Origin: a virus
Taxonomy: Duplodnaviria; Heunggongvirae; Uroviricota; Caudoviricetes
DNA: 64,000 bases
IMG/VR virus record: IMGVR_UViG_3300046492_000163
Span: 1 to 64,000 of that record
Direction: 5' to 3' (one strand)
The translations under genes and the position numbers were made by a program. Numbering within the stretch: the first letter of the stretch is position 1; every line of letters starts with the position of its first letter. The notes under the pieces were generated by a model that searched no databases, had not been told where the DNA came from, and saw only the letters and a list, made by a program, of their open reading frames with translations. This document shows, one piece after another, positions 36,937 through 45,264 of the stretch.

Positions 36937-37320
36937 GTGAAAAAGAAAGCGGATAATTACGAACGTTTGCAGTTGGGTTTGCACTTGTGGCAAGGGATGG
37001 CGCCGCACCTCGGGCGGTCTTTCAAAGAATCAAAGGCTAGTTTTCCGATACGTGTAAGCGAGCATGATAAACACTTTGACCTGTTTAAAACTACCGATGT
37101 CTGGAACTATGACGGCTGGCTTATTACGTCGTCCAGCGTTGCCCATGGTGTCGCCCGTTGTAACGTCCGCAAGGGTACACAAGTCGGGCTATTAGTCGTT
37201 GAGGCTGACGCTATGTTCTACCATGATAATCCGTCTCTACCGTTCGAAGAGACGTCGCAAAACAGTTCAGGGGAAGCCGGCGACACGCTAGGGCAGGCCA
37301 AGCGAAGCCCTAAAAAATAA
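36937..37320 (+). CDS. hypothetical protein
   Basis: 127 aa. Confidence 0.45.
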   Translation: MKKKADNYERLQLGLHLWQGMAPHLGRSFKESKASFPIRVSEHDKHFDLFKTTDVWNYDGWLITSSSVAHGVARCNVRKGTQVGLLVVEADAMFYHDNPSLPFEETSQNSSGEAGDTLGQAKRSPKK

Positions 37321-37324
37321 TGTG

Positions 37325-37341
37325 CTGTATGGGGTTTACAG
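37325..37341. promoter_or_regulatory. operator-like palindrome CTGTA-N7-TACAG (copy 3; TGCTGTA/TACAGCA perfect 7-bp arms)
   Basis: TGCTGTATGGGGTTTACAGCA upstream of gene 37423. Confidence 0.45.
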
Positions 37342-37422
37342 CATGGCTGTAGGCCCCTATAGTGTTAGGTAGATAGACAGCAAGGCCGTTAGTCCCGACA
37401 GTCAGTTAAAGGAGTTTTAAAA

Positions 37423-38064
37423 ATGGCACTAGTTACCCTTCCGTTTTCCGGCTTCTATCAGTCGCTGCATGATGGCGAGATAGACCGCGAAATTGCCTCG
37501 ATGTTCTCAGACCGGGATACCGGCTGTGATCGTAACCAAGGCTTAGAAAGTGCGCTTTTCGATAAGTGCGACTTTCGCCAAGTTCATCAGGCTTATACAC
37601 AAGCCTATGCGGAAAAGTTCGCACAAGAATTCAAAGTTAAAGGGCTCAAGTTTGAAAGTATGTCCAGCCCGAAAGAATATAACTTTGAAACAGACCGCGT
37701 ATTTGCACTAGTGTCTAAAAAGGAATTGACGCGCATTTATCGTAACTTAGATAAAAGCGTTTTTGCTGATGTCTTAAAAGACAAGTTCACAAGTTGCGAC
37801 GGTTTTAGTTCGTTCTACTCTAACGATGTGAAAGATTGGGGGCCAATCGCAAGTTGGGACCATAACCAATACGGCGCTATTCTGTTAGCGTTGGCTATTG
37901 AAGAAAGTACCAACGGCGAGTTTGACCAATGGGCGGAATATAACTTGTGCGAATCCTTTAGCGGTAACGGCGATTTAACCAGATGGATTGAAGCCGCTAC
38001 ACCTAACGTTGAACGCCTGTATAAAATTCACGACTACCTTGAAACACGTTCAGGGCGGGTTTAA
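37423..38064 (+). CDS. hypothetical protein
   Basis: 213 aa. Confidence 0.5.
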   Translation: MALVTLPFSGFYQSLHDGEIDREIASMFSDRDTGCDRNQGLESALFDKCDFRQVHQAYTQAYAEKFAQEFKVKGLKFESMSSPKEYNFETDRVFALVSKKELTRIYRNLDKSVFADVLKDKFTSCDGFSSFYSNDVKDWGPIASWDHNQYGAILLALAIEESTNGEFDQWAEYNLCESFSGNGDLTRWIEAATPNVERLYKIHDYLETRSGRV

Positions 38065-38067
38065 CTA

Positions 38068-38256
38068 ATGCGCGCCATTATTACACTTGACCGTTACGAC
38101 GGATCGCAAGGCAAGTCAAAGGAAATAGACTTAGAGTCTTTTCCAATGCGTGAACTTATTTACGCTCTGATGGAATCCGACGTTTGCGGGTTTACAGTTA
38201 CCAAAGTTAACACCCCGGAAAAACTTATTCGCAAACTTGACGAACTAAGAGGTTAA
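38068..38256 (+). CDS. hypothetical small protein
   Basis: 62 aa. Confidence 0.45.
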   Translation: MRAIITLDRYDGSQGKSKEIDLESFPMRELIYALMESDVCGFTVTKVNTPEKLIRKLDELRG

Positions 38257-38258
38257 TC

Positions 38259-38792
38259 ATGCCTATTATCGTTTCTCAAACTTTCCAGATCGTTACAGAA
38301 GAATCCGCCGAACATGGCGAAGCGGCAGAGTCTGGCTTCGACTTTGAAAATCAAAGTTATGGCTTCCGTGAACTTGTGGAGTATATCAAGTCGGAAGGGT
38401 TCACTAATTCCTCCGATTCTCACGGTGTACCGCGTTGGCTTACTAGCGAAGTTGTACAGGACCGGGCATGGCTTGAACGCGGCGAAGATAAAACTTTTTC
38501 CCTACACCCTGCCAGTGACGCCCGTTCTTTGCGTTATTGGGAGAAAGCCTGCCGTGCCGCTGACATCCTAAAAGATGCTAAATATTGGCGCGGCATGATC
38601 GTTGGTATACATGCCAACGGCTACCGGGCGGAAGTCACGTATAAAACACCGCACGGCTACAGCAAAGGCCTAGCCACGCACAACCCGACTAAGGGCGTAG
38701 GCCCCGAGGGGGTTTTGTTCGTTTGTGTAGATAGTTTCACAAACCGCGTACATCTGGACAATGTAATCAGCGTTAAACGGGTGGTACAGTAG
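38259..38792 (+). CDS. hypothetical protein
   Basis: 177 aa. Confidence 0.5.
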   Translation: MPIIVSQTFQIVTEESAEHGEAAESGFDFENQSYGFRELVEYIKSEGFTNSSDSHGVPRWLTSEVVQDRAWLERGEDKTFSLHPASDARSLRYWEKACRAADILKDAKYWRGMIVGIHANGYRAEVTYKTPHGYSKGLATHNPTKGVGPEGVLFVCVDSFTNRVHLDNVISVKRVVQ

Positions 38793-38808
38793 GCGCCGTT
38801 TTACGGCG

Positions 38809-39123
38809 ATGCAGTTAGAAGTGTGGATTTATAACCTAACCATTGGTGGGCATATGGACAGTAAAGTTTTCAGCGTTGCCGAATTAAACAGCGTGCTAAG
38901 CCAGACCTTCAAAACGAAGCGTCTGATTAATACCCCCGATTGCGTGGGGTACATCGTCAAGCTTGACCGGCCTATGTTGCCCGTCACGTCGGTGGATACC
39001 GAGGTTAGCGGGGGCGATTTGATGGCGATGCTCTCCAAGCTGAACGAATGGGAAAAGACCATAGAAGAGGTGCGCAAGGGGATCTTGCACATCATAGAGA
39101 GCCAGCTACAGACGCCCAAATAA
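38809..39123 (+). CDS. hypothetical protein (start uncertain, alt 38854)
   Basis: 104 aa. Confidence 0.45.
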   Translation: MQLEVWIYNLTIGGHMDSKVFSVAELNSVLSQTFKTKRLINTPDCVGYIVKLDRPMLPVTSVDTEVSGGDLMAMLSKLNEWEKTIEEVRKGILHIIESQLQTPK

Positions 39124-39136
39124 GCGAGCCGGGATA

Positions 39137-39166
39137 AACCCGCCCTAATCCCCTAGGGCGGGTTTT
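39137..39166 (+). terminator. intrinsic terminator
   Basis: CCCGCCCTA-atcccc-TAGGGCGGG + TTTT. Confidence 0.6.
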
Positions 39167-39395
39167 GGCGTTGGTGGGAAATAGGCCTAGGGCGAGCAAG
39201 GGCGCTCTAACGTTCGTTGCTCTATCAGCCGCTGGCGTCCCTCTAGGGGCCAAAGAATCGACGGCGGGTTACTTGTTCAACGTTCACCAGGGCGAGCCCA
39301 GGACGAACGACAAAAAAGCTAATGAAACCGGGGGTTTTGCCCTTTCCGGGGCCTTTTTCGTGTCCGGGGTAAAAATAAATTGATAAATCGCCTTG

Positions 39396-39412
39396 CTGTA
39401 TGAAAAATACAG
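39396..39412. promoter_or_regulatory. operator-like palindrome CTGTA-N7-TACAG (copy 4)
   Basis: TGCTGTATGAAAAATACAGCA; TTGATA upstream could be a -35. Confidence 0.45.
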
Positions 39413-39474
39413 CACTACTCTATGCATCAGGGGTTAGGCGAAGGGCCTACCCGGTAGGCTCTAAGGGTGACAAA

Positions 39475-39684
39475 ATGCGTGTTTTCCAAGCCTTTGTTTT
39501 CTTCATGATGTCGCTGATGCTGATTAACCAATACGCGCCAATGATTGGCGACCACTACCGGGCCAAGGAAGCGGCAGAAAAGGCCGCTGTGTTCCAAGCG
39601 AAACAGGAAGCAAGCCGCAAGGCCCGTATGTGTGCCGAGTTGCCGTTTCTCCGTGTTTGCAAGCCTCCACACCACGTCCGTTAA
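39475..39684 (+). CDS. small membrane/secreted protein
   Basis: start MRVFQAFVFFMMSLML with AAGGGTGA RBS. Confidence 0.45.
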   Translation: MRVFQAFVFFMMSLMLINQYAPMIGDHYRAKEAAEKAAVFQAKQEASRKARMCAELPFLRVCKPPHHVR

Positions 39685-39698
39685 TAAGGGGCTACATC

Positions 39699-40046
39699 AT
39701 GAACGAACTCTATAACCCGGACGACAGCTTCCCCCCGTTCGATAATATCGGGTCTTGCGTTGGAACCGAAAACGAAGGCCTTTGTTCGTGCTGCATTCCG
39801 GCGCCTAAACGCTCCTACTTCCTTAATCCAATCCTTGTATTGGCCGCAAGTGCCGCCCGTGGCGGTAACTCTATGTTCGCTGATTCGCTGTTAGATGTTG
39901 GCCGTGGTCGTCGCGATTGTAAGTCAATCCGTAAGAGCATTACCCGCTTGCGTGGTAACTGTGATTTGAATATCGCCCGCATTACTGAAAGTTCGTTGTT
40001 GCTTACTGGCTCGCCTTCCCTTGTCCGTCCTAAAGTAGGGGCTTAA
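39699..40046 (+). CDS. hypothetical Cys-containing protein
   Basis: start MNELYNPDD with AAGGGG RBS. Confidence 0.45.
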   Translation: MNELYNPDDSFPPFDNIGSCVGTENEGLCSCCIPAPKRSYFLNPILVLAASAARGGNSMFADSLLDVGRGRRDCKSIRKSITRLRGNCDLNIARITESSLLLTGSPSLVRPKVGA

Positions 40047-40048
40047 TC

Positions 40049-40633
40049 ATGATTAATACAAAGAACGCTCGTGATCTTGATATGTACGATGTTGGCGTAT
40101 TGTTCGCCGCCATGGTCGGCGTTAATTCTTCGGAACTTGCCGAAGAGGCCGACCGTTCGTTGGTTCAAATCGGCTATGACGAAGGGCTGGCCCGTTGCAC
40201 TTTCGCCGTTCAAGTTGTTGCGGAGAATCATCGCGACGAAGGCGACAACCGCGACGGTTGCATGTGGCTGGAAAGTTACGACGATGAGCACGAAGGCGGG
40301 CTCGCCCATCAATTGTTCATGTTGGACGTGAACAAAGAAGAGAACGCCGAACTGTTTCATGAAGTTGTTAAAGGCGTGGCCCTAGAGTGGCTGCATGAAG
40401 TTCAGGGCCTTACACTGTTCGCCGTTAATGACTTGGCGGGGGAAACTCTGTTCTGTGTTCAGGCTGAAACAACGCAGGAGGCTTTTGATTGTATCCCTGT
40501 CGCTCTAGAGGACAAGTTTGAAGTAGGGAACGTATACACCAGCATCGCTGAAACTTACGAAGATTACACTGTGTATCGCATGCCTGAACATCAGGCCGAC
40601 ACTTTCGCCGTCCTGATCAAGAAGGCGGGCTAA
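40049..40633 (+). CDS. hypothetical acidic protein
   Basis: 194 aa. Confidence 0.5.
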   Translation: MINTKNARDLDMYDVGVLFAAMVGVNSSELAEEADRSLVQIGYDEGLARCTFAVQVVAENHRDEGDNRDGCMWLESYDDEHEGGLAHQLFMLDVNKEENAELFHEVVKGVALEWLHEVQGLTLFAVNDLAGETLFCVQAETTQEAFDCIPVALEDKFEVGNVYTSIAETYEDYTVYRMPEHQADTFAVLIKKAG

Positions 40634-40635
40634 TC

Positions 40636-40761
40636 ATGTTTATTAAATTTCTCACTAGTGACATGGCGTTGCACTTGCTCGCCCTTGTTATTCTCGGGTC
40701 CGTTGTTGCTGGTGTGTTTGTTCACTTCGTCCGCAAGGCAATTAAGGAGGGTTCGCTGTGA
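40636..40761 (+). CDS. small membrane peptide (41 aa)
   Basis: MFIKFLTSDMALHLLALVILGSVVAGVFV...; tightly coupled to both neighbours. Confidence 0.3.
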   Translation: MFIKFLTSDMALHLLALVILGSVVAGVFVHFVRKAIKEGSL

Positions 40762-40988
40762 TTACCCGGCCTGATGTCTCGGGCTTTACTGCCCACCGGA
40801 TCAGGGAAGAGGCAGCAACACAGCCCATTGGGTTTGTGTTAGATTTTCCCGCCTGTTTCAGTGTAACGATGGTCGTTATAGGTGGCGAAGTTCTCGCCGC
40901 CCATGATCAGCAAGACGACGATGTAACTAAGTTGGTTCGCGAAGTTTGTGCCCCGGTGTTGCGTGCGTTGCCACGCTTCCCGGTGTAA
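40758..40988 (+). CDS. hypothetical protein (GTG start)
   Basis: 76 aa. Confidence 0.4.
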   Translation: MITRPDVSGFTAHRIREEAATQPIGFVLDFPACFSVTMVVIGGEVLAAHDQQDDDVTKLVREVCAPVLRALPRFPV

Positions 40989-41035
40989 CATGTAGTAAAG
41001 CAAGAAACTAAGTTCAATCAAACGGAGTCAATACC

Positions 41036-41674
41036 ATGGCAACAACTAAGAGCATTAAAACGGTTCAACAGATCGAAGCCGGGGGCGTCCACTATGGCTT
41101 GATCATGCAAGACGAAAGCGGGCTGTTCTATCGCCAGAAAGGGAAAAGCGGCCTGCATAACCCCAAGCATGACGGCATGCATTGCCCTGACATCGCCGCT
41201 GTAAAACAGGCCCTGTTGAACTCGGGCGATGAGCAGCAAGTAAAGGCAGGCCACGCACTCAAGGCGCCTAAAGCGGCTCCAAAGGCCAAGGAGGAAGCCC
41301 CGAAAGAGGCAGCCCCCAAGGCAACTAAAGAACCCGTGAAACAGCCAGCCAAAGAACCGGCTAAGCCTGCCCACGCCGTGGAAGTTCCCCCGGCAGGCGC
41401 CTCTAAAGTCCGTTACAAGTTGGTTGAAGCGTCCGGTGCCGTTGGCACGCATTATTGGCTCTATGCGGGCTATGAACACGCAACCGGCTTTAAATGGAAC
41501 GGGTCCGGCGGTTTTATGTTCCTGAACATGAACGCTGTAAACGACTTTCTACGTTCTAACGGTATCGACGGAAATATTGAAGTTGAAACCGTAGACGTTA
41601 CAAACGGAAGTTACGACCCTAACAAGGGCGTTGTAGCGCTCTATAAAGTTGGCCAACAAAGTCTCAGTTTGTAA
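41036..41674 (+). CDS. two-domain protein with Lys/Pro/Ala-rich linker
   Basis: 212 aa; APKAAPKAKEEAPKEAAPKATKEPVKQPAKEPAKP linker. Confidence 0.5.
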   Translation: MATTKSIKTVQQIEAGGVHYGLIMQDESGLFYRQKGKSGLHNPKHDGMHCPDIAAVKQALLNSGDEQQVKAGHALKAPKAAPKAKEEAPKEAAPKATKEPVKQPAKEPAKPAHAVEVPPAGASKVRYKLVEASGAVGTHYWLYAGYEHATGFKWNGSGGFMFLNMNAVNDFLRSNGIDGNIEVETVDVTNGSYDPNKGVVALYKVGQQSLSL

Positions 41675-41684
41675 GGGGGATAAC

Positions 41685-41948
41685 ATGAGTATTGAAATTT
41701 CGAAAGCCATTGAAACCTTCGTTAGCGCTAACCAAAACTTGCTCGGTAATCTTTGGGGTCGCTGGCAGGATGAAAAAGAATATGAAGACATCAACGAGTA
41801 TGGCGCGGTAATCGCTAAGAATTTTCCAGAAGGCTGGAAATTAATCAAATCTGCCAAACGTCCATTCGGGGTTACGGTTCAAATCGAACAAGAGCAATGG
41901 CAAGTCTCTGTAACTGGCCGCTCCATGGGTTGGAAGCGTATAAAATAG
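41685..41948 (+). CDS. hypothetical protein
   Basis: start MSIEISKA with AAGGGGGA RBS. Confidence 0.45.
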   Translation: MSIEISKAIETFVSANQNLLGNLWGRWQDEKEYEDINEYGAVIAKNFPEGWKLIKSAKRPFGVTVQIEQEQWQVSVTGRSMGWKRIK

Positions 41949-41965
41949 AACCCCAACGAAAGACC

Positions 41966-41994
41966 ACGCCGGGGCCAATGCCCCGGCTTTTTTA
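41966..41994 (+). terminator. intrinsic terminator
   Basis: GCCGGGGC-caat-GCCCCGGC + TTTTTT. Confidence 0.65.
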
Positions 41995-42148
41995 TGTCTG
42001 TTCCTGGGCTCGCCCTGGAGGAAGTCCCGAACACCCGAAGAAACACCCCCGCCAAGCCCCTGTGGATCGATTCCAGGAATTCCCCCGTCACCAGGTCATT
42101 ACCCCACCACTTTCTAGGCTCGCCCTGTGTAGGCCTCTATAGGAGCCC

Positions 42149-42740
42149 CTAGCAGCTAGGCCCCCAACTTAACTAATTACATATCTATTAATATGTGGCG
42201 TAGACGCCACGGGTAATTATCGCTAAGACGTACCGTCTTTCTTGTAATAGAGGGGGCAGGGGCCAGAAAGCCCCCTAATTAAAAAGCGTTCAATGCCGCG
42301 TAATACGCGGGGTGTAGCGTTATTCCGTGACGTGAACGTCACATATATACACCAGTCTATTGCGTAGCAATAAGTTAGTTACACTGCCCCATATACACTA
42401 CCCCATATAACTCCCTGCATAGTATAACTTCCGACTGTTAGTCGGGTATATGTCTCTATATATGTATTGAACTAACTTAGTTCAAATCCCCGTATTGCTT
42501 GCAATACAGTTAATTAACTATGACATATAGCCTATATCTTGGCGTAGCTAATCGGGACGATTGGGGTTAAGCCAAGCCTTTTTTCTATGGATTAAATTAT
42601 TTATATAGTTCCACGTGGAACAATTCGAACAGACACGCTAGTGTCAGAGTAAACCTAGACAGATAGCCCCGAGTCAGGGAGAATCTAGTGGAATCTGGCA
42701 CAGCCCAGGAATAGAGTCAGCTAATCGATCCTGGTGGATC
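42149..42740. repeat. AT-rich non-coding region densely packed with short perfect palindromes (>=12)
   Basis: GTGGCGTAGACGCCAC, AAGACGTACCGTCTT, CCGCGTAATACGCGG, GTGACGTGAACGTCAC, TATTGCGTAGCAATA, CCGACTGTTAGTCGG, TTGAACTAACTTAGTTCAA, GTATTGCTTGCAATAC, GTTAATTAAC, TTCCACGTGGAA, GACACGCTAGTGTC, GATCCTGGTGGATC. Confidence 0.5.
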
Positions 42741-42798
42741 AATAGAGATAAGACCCCCATATAACCATCCGACCTAGATAACACCAGGGTTAGAACGT

Positions 42799-42826
42799 TG
42801 TTCCCATATTAGGTATTATGTTAAAT
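42799..42826. other. dif-like 28-mer (candidate Xer recombination site)
   Basis: TGTTCCCATAT-TAGGTA-TTATGTTAAAT; right arm identical (11/11) to the XerD-binding arm of E. coli dif, ~21/28 overall to the Pseudomonas dif consensus (from memory). Confidence 0.45.
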
Positions 42827-43075
42827 CCCGGCCTAGTCGGCCCAGGTCAACTGACGAACGGTACTTGCGATATTTCTAGATTGTGCTAGCCAGGCCGGGG
42901 CCAGAAGCAAGAGCGGGTTTAACACCGAGCCACAGTTGGATGGATTCCAGGTATTACACCGAGCCACAGATTGTCGATATCTGGAAGTTACAAACTGTCC
43001 TGGTTAGTCCGTCCTGGTTGACCTGGCTGATAGTTGATATTCGCCCCAGTTGATATTCGGCAGGCGTAAGTAAGG

Positions 43076-43363
43076 GTGGTTTTAAAATTTGGAAAGTGGT
43101 ACACTTTTAAAATGGGAGACGTGCCCTCCAAAACAAAGTGGGAGTTTGCAATGGAAGCCAAGCTAGGCCGCAAGTACAGGATCGGTGGAGATGGTTGGTG
43201 GTACCTGGAACCAGGCGTACCCATCCTGGTGACGGATGAAATCCAGGTGAGTAGCCGCAATCCCACGGGCGTAGTTATAGAAGTGAAACGTGATGGTGAG
43301 TTACTGGGGCATAAGGCGATGCACCCCACCTTCTTCCAGCAAGACTTTGAGTTGATCGATTAA
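43076..43363 (+). CDS. hypothetical protein (start uncertain: GTG 43076, or ATG 43151 with GGGAG RBS)
   Basis: 95 aa. Confidence 0.4.
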   Translation: MVLKFGKWYTFKMGDVPSKTKWEFAMEAKLGRKYRIGGDGWWYLEPGVPILVTDEIQVSSRNPTGVVIEVKRDGELLGHKAMHPTFFQQDFELID

Positions 43364-43375
43364 GGATAGGCTGAG

Positions 43376-43933
43376 ATGTACAAGTTGACTGAAGACGACC
43401 TCCTAGAGTTTGCAAAGTGGTACTGGGAGAATAACGAAGTTCCCGAGGGCGTAGAACCCTTTGCGATTGGCGAAGATGGGGCCTACGTTCAGGAAGCCAC
43501 CCGTGATGCTCTGGTCCGCTGGGTGGACATGAAGTGTGCCGATGCTCTGATTGCATCTGGTATAACCCAAATAACTCGCTTCGGTGCTCCGCTGTACTGG
43601 ATCTTGGCTGAGGATGGTAGAACACCCAAGCAGACAAACAGTATCGCGCTGTGGGCTCAGTGCATGGGCAATGAAGCCATTAAGCGAGTTGCCTACGACA
43701 GTGACGACAACCTGGGTATCTCCGTCTCCACGGTGTTCTTGGGTATTGACCACGGCTACCACAGTAGCGAGCCAGTGCTGTTTGAGACGATGATTTTTGG
43801 TGGCAAGCACAACGAGTGGATGCAGCGTTACTGCACTTGGGAAGAGGCGGAACTAGGCCACCAAGAAGCCTGCGATCTGGCAGGAATCCAACGGAAGTTA
43901 TCAACCTGGATCGAGGGTCAACTAGATGCCTGA
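43376..43933 (+). CDS. hypothetical protein
   Basis: 185 aa. Confidence 0.5.
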   Translation: MYKLTEDDLLEFAKWYWENNEVPEGVEPFAIGEDGAYVQEATRDALVRWVDMKCADALIASGITQITRFGAPLYWILAEDGRTPKQTNSIALWAQCMGNEAIKRVAYDSDDNLGISVSTVFLGIDHGYHSSEPVLFETMIFGGKHNEWMQRYCTWEEAELGHQEACDLAGIQRKLSTWIEGQLDA

Positions 43934-44102
43934 ACTGACTGCCGAAGAGCACAAAGAGTTTGCAGAGTGGTTCAACAAGAATATCGAGATTCCCGATGAC
44001 GTGGAAGCCTTCGATGTTATGCCGGATGGCACATACGTTTGGCATGCCGCCCGTGACGGCCTGGTACGCTGGCTGGAAATGAGGCAGAGAGAGAACAACT
44101 AG
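43926..44102 (+). CDS. small ORF (58 aa)
   Basis: MPELTAEEHKEFAEWF...; coupled at both ends; N-terminus resembles start of gene 43376 (MYKLTEDDLLEFAKWY) suggesting a paralogue. Confidence 0.35.
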   Translation: MPELTAEEHKEFAEWFNKNIEIPDDVEAFDVMPDGTYVWHAARDGLVRWLEMRQRENN

Positions 44103-44486
44103 ATGACTACTCCAGTTGCAGTAAAGCGCTTTGTCATGTTGAACCCAGACGGGACTAACCGTGCAGGTAGTCTCATGAAGGCAGACGCTACAGTGGTGAT
44201 GACTCCGAGGGACGAACGGAATGCTATTGCACGCATCCTTGGCTGCAAGCAGGTCTATTGGTACGAGTTAAAGCTTCAGCAAGCGGATGGCGATTATCAC
44301 GCCAATGTCTACTTCGATCCAGACGCTGCTGAGAAGCGGTTGCCTATCAATGACCGCATAGACGTGATGATCCGTGACATGCACGATAAGAAACTAGCGC
44401 CCTACCCTGAGCTGCCAGTTTGCCTATATGGCCCTGTAGTCCTGGTCCCCGCTTCCGTTGGTGGTAATGGAGTTATGACCGCATGA
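44103..44486 (+). CDS. hypothetical protein
   Basis: 127 aa. Confidence 0.5.
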   Translation: MTTPVAVKRFVMLNPDGTNRAGSLMKADATVVMTPRDERNAIARILGCKQVYWYELKLQQADGDYHANVYFDPDAAEKRLPINDRIDVMIRDMHDKKLAPYPELPVCLYGPVVLVPASVGGNGVMTA

Positions 44487-44971
44487 GCAATGAAGTAGAC
44501 ATTATCACGAAGTTGATGCTGGCCCAAGTTAGCGCCTGCTCCTGTCAGACAAAGACTAGTGAAGCGGCCTGGCATGATACTTACTGCCTCTACCGCGTCC
44601 TAGATGAAGCTGTAGGAACGATCACCAGGCAGCATGTAGAGCAAGAAACCCTTCAGGCAGCCTATGAGTCGATGCGTGATCGCAAGAATTCGATTGTGCA
44701 TCTGCAACAGCAACTGTCTGCTGCTGCGGCAGAGATAGCCGAGCTGAAAGTTGACAAGGCTCGGCTAGACTTCTGGCAGGCCACCCCTGCCTATGTTGGT
44801 GGCTTTGCTCCCGGTAAGCGTCAGGTCTGGTCCTTCTTCGTTCCACCAGAGAGGGTCCGCAGTGGAGTAGGCAAAGTCTGCTACGGCGATACACTACGCG
44901 AAGCAATGGATCAGCTCCAGGTTATGCACGCGGATTTGACCAAGGGTTCTGACACAACTAAGCGGCACTGA
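44483..44971 (+). CDS. hypothetical protein
   Basis: 162 aa. Confidence 0.5.
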   Translation: MSNEVDIITKLMLAQVSACSCQTKTSEAAWHDTYCLYRVLDEAVGTITRQHVEQETLQAAYESMRDRKNSIVHLQQQLSAAAAEIAELKVDKARLDFWQATPAYVGGFAPGKRQVWSFFVPPERVRSGVGKVCYGDTLREAMDQLQVMHADLTKGSDTTKRH

Positions 44972-44979
44972 GGGCGAAC

Positions 44980-45177
44980 ATGGACAGTGAGAAGAAGATT
45001 CACGAGAAGTATTACCGCTTTGCCGTAGCTGAGTTACCCCGTGTTAAACAGGCTCTAGAAGCCCTCCAGCCCACTGGGGTTGATTGGTTGGACTCACTGT
45101 TCAGGATGCATATCAAGGACACGATACAGGGCTTTGAGGACACTATCGAAGAGTTTGAAAACAGGCCCAAACACTGA
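44980..45177 (+). CDS. hypothetical small protein
   Basis: 65 aa. Confidence 0.4.
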   Translation: MDSEKKIHEKYYRFAVAELPRVKQALEALQPTGVDWLDSLFRMHIKDTIQGFEDTIEEFENRPKH

Positions 45178-45264
45178 TAATAAAAGTTTGAAAAGTCGTA
45201 CACTAAGCTTGCTCCCCTGCTATACTGAAAGTACGTCGAAGGACTTACTAGTGGGAGCAAGTAC

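Noticed and set aside
42467-42486. GTTCAAATCC, a tRNA T-loop-like motif, in the palindrome region
   Set aside because: No acceptor stem, D-arm or anticodon arm can be folded around it. It is one arm of the TTGAACTAA/TTAGTTCAA palindrome.
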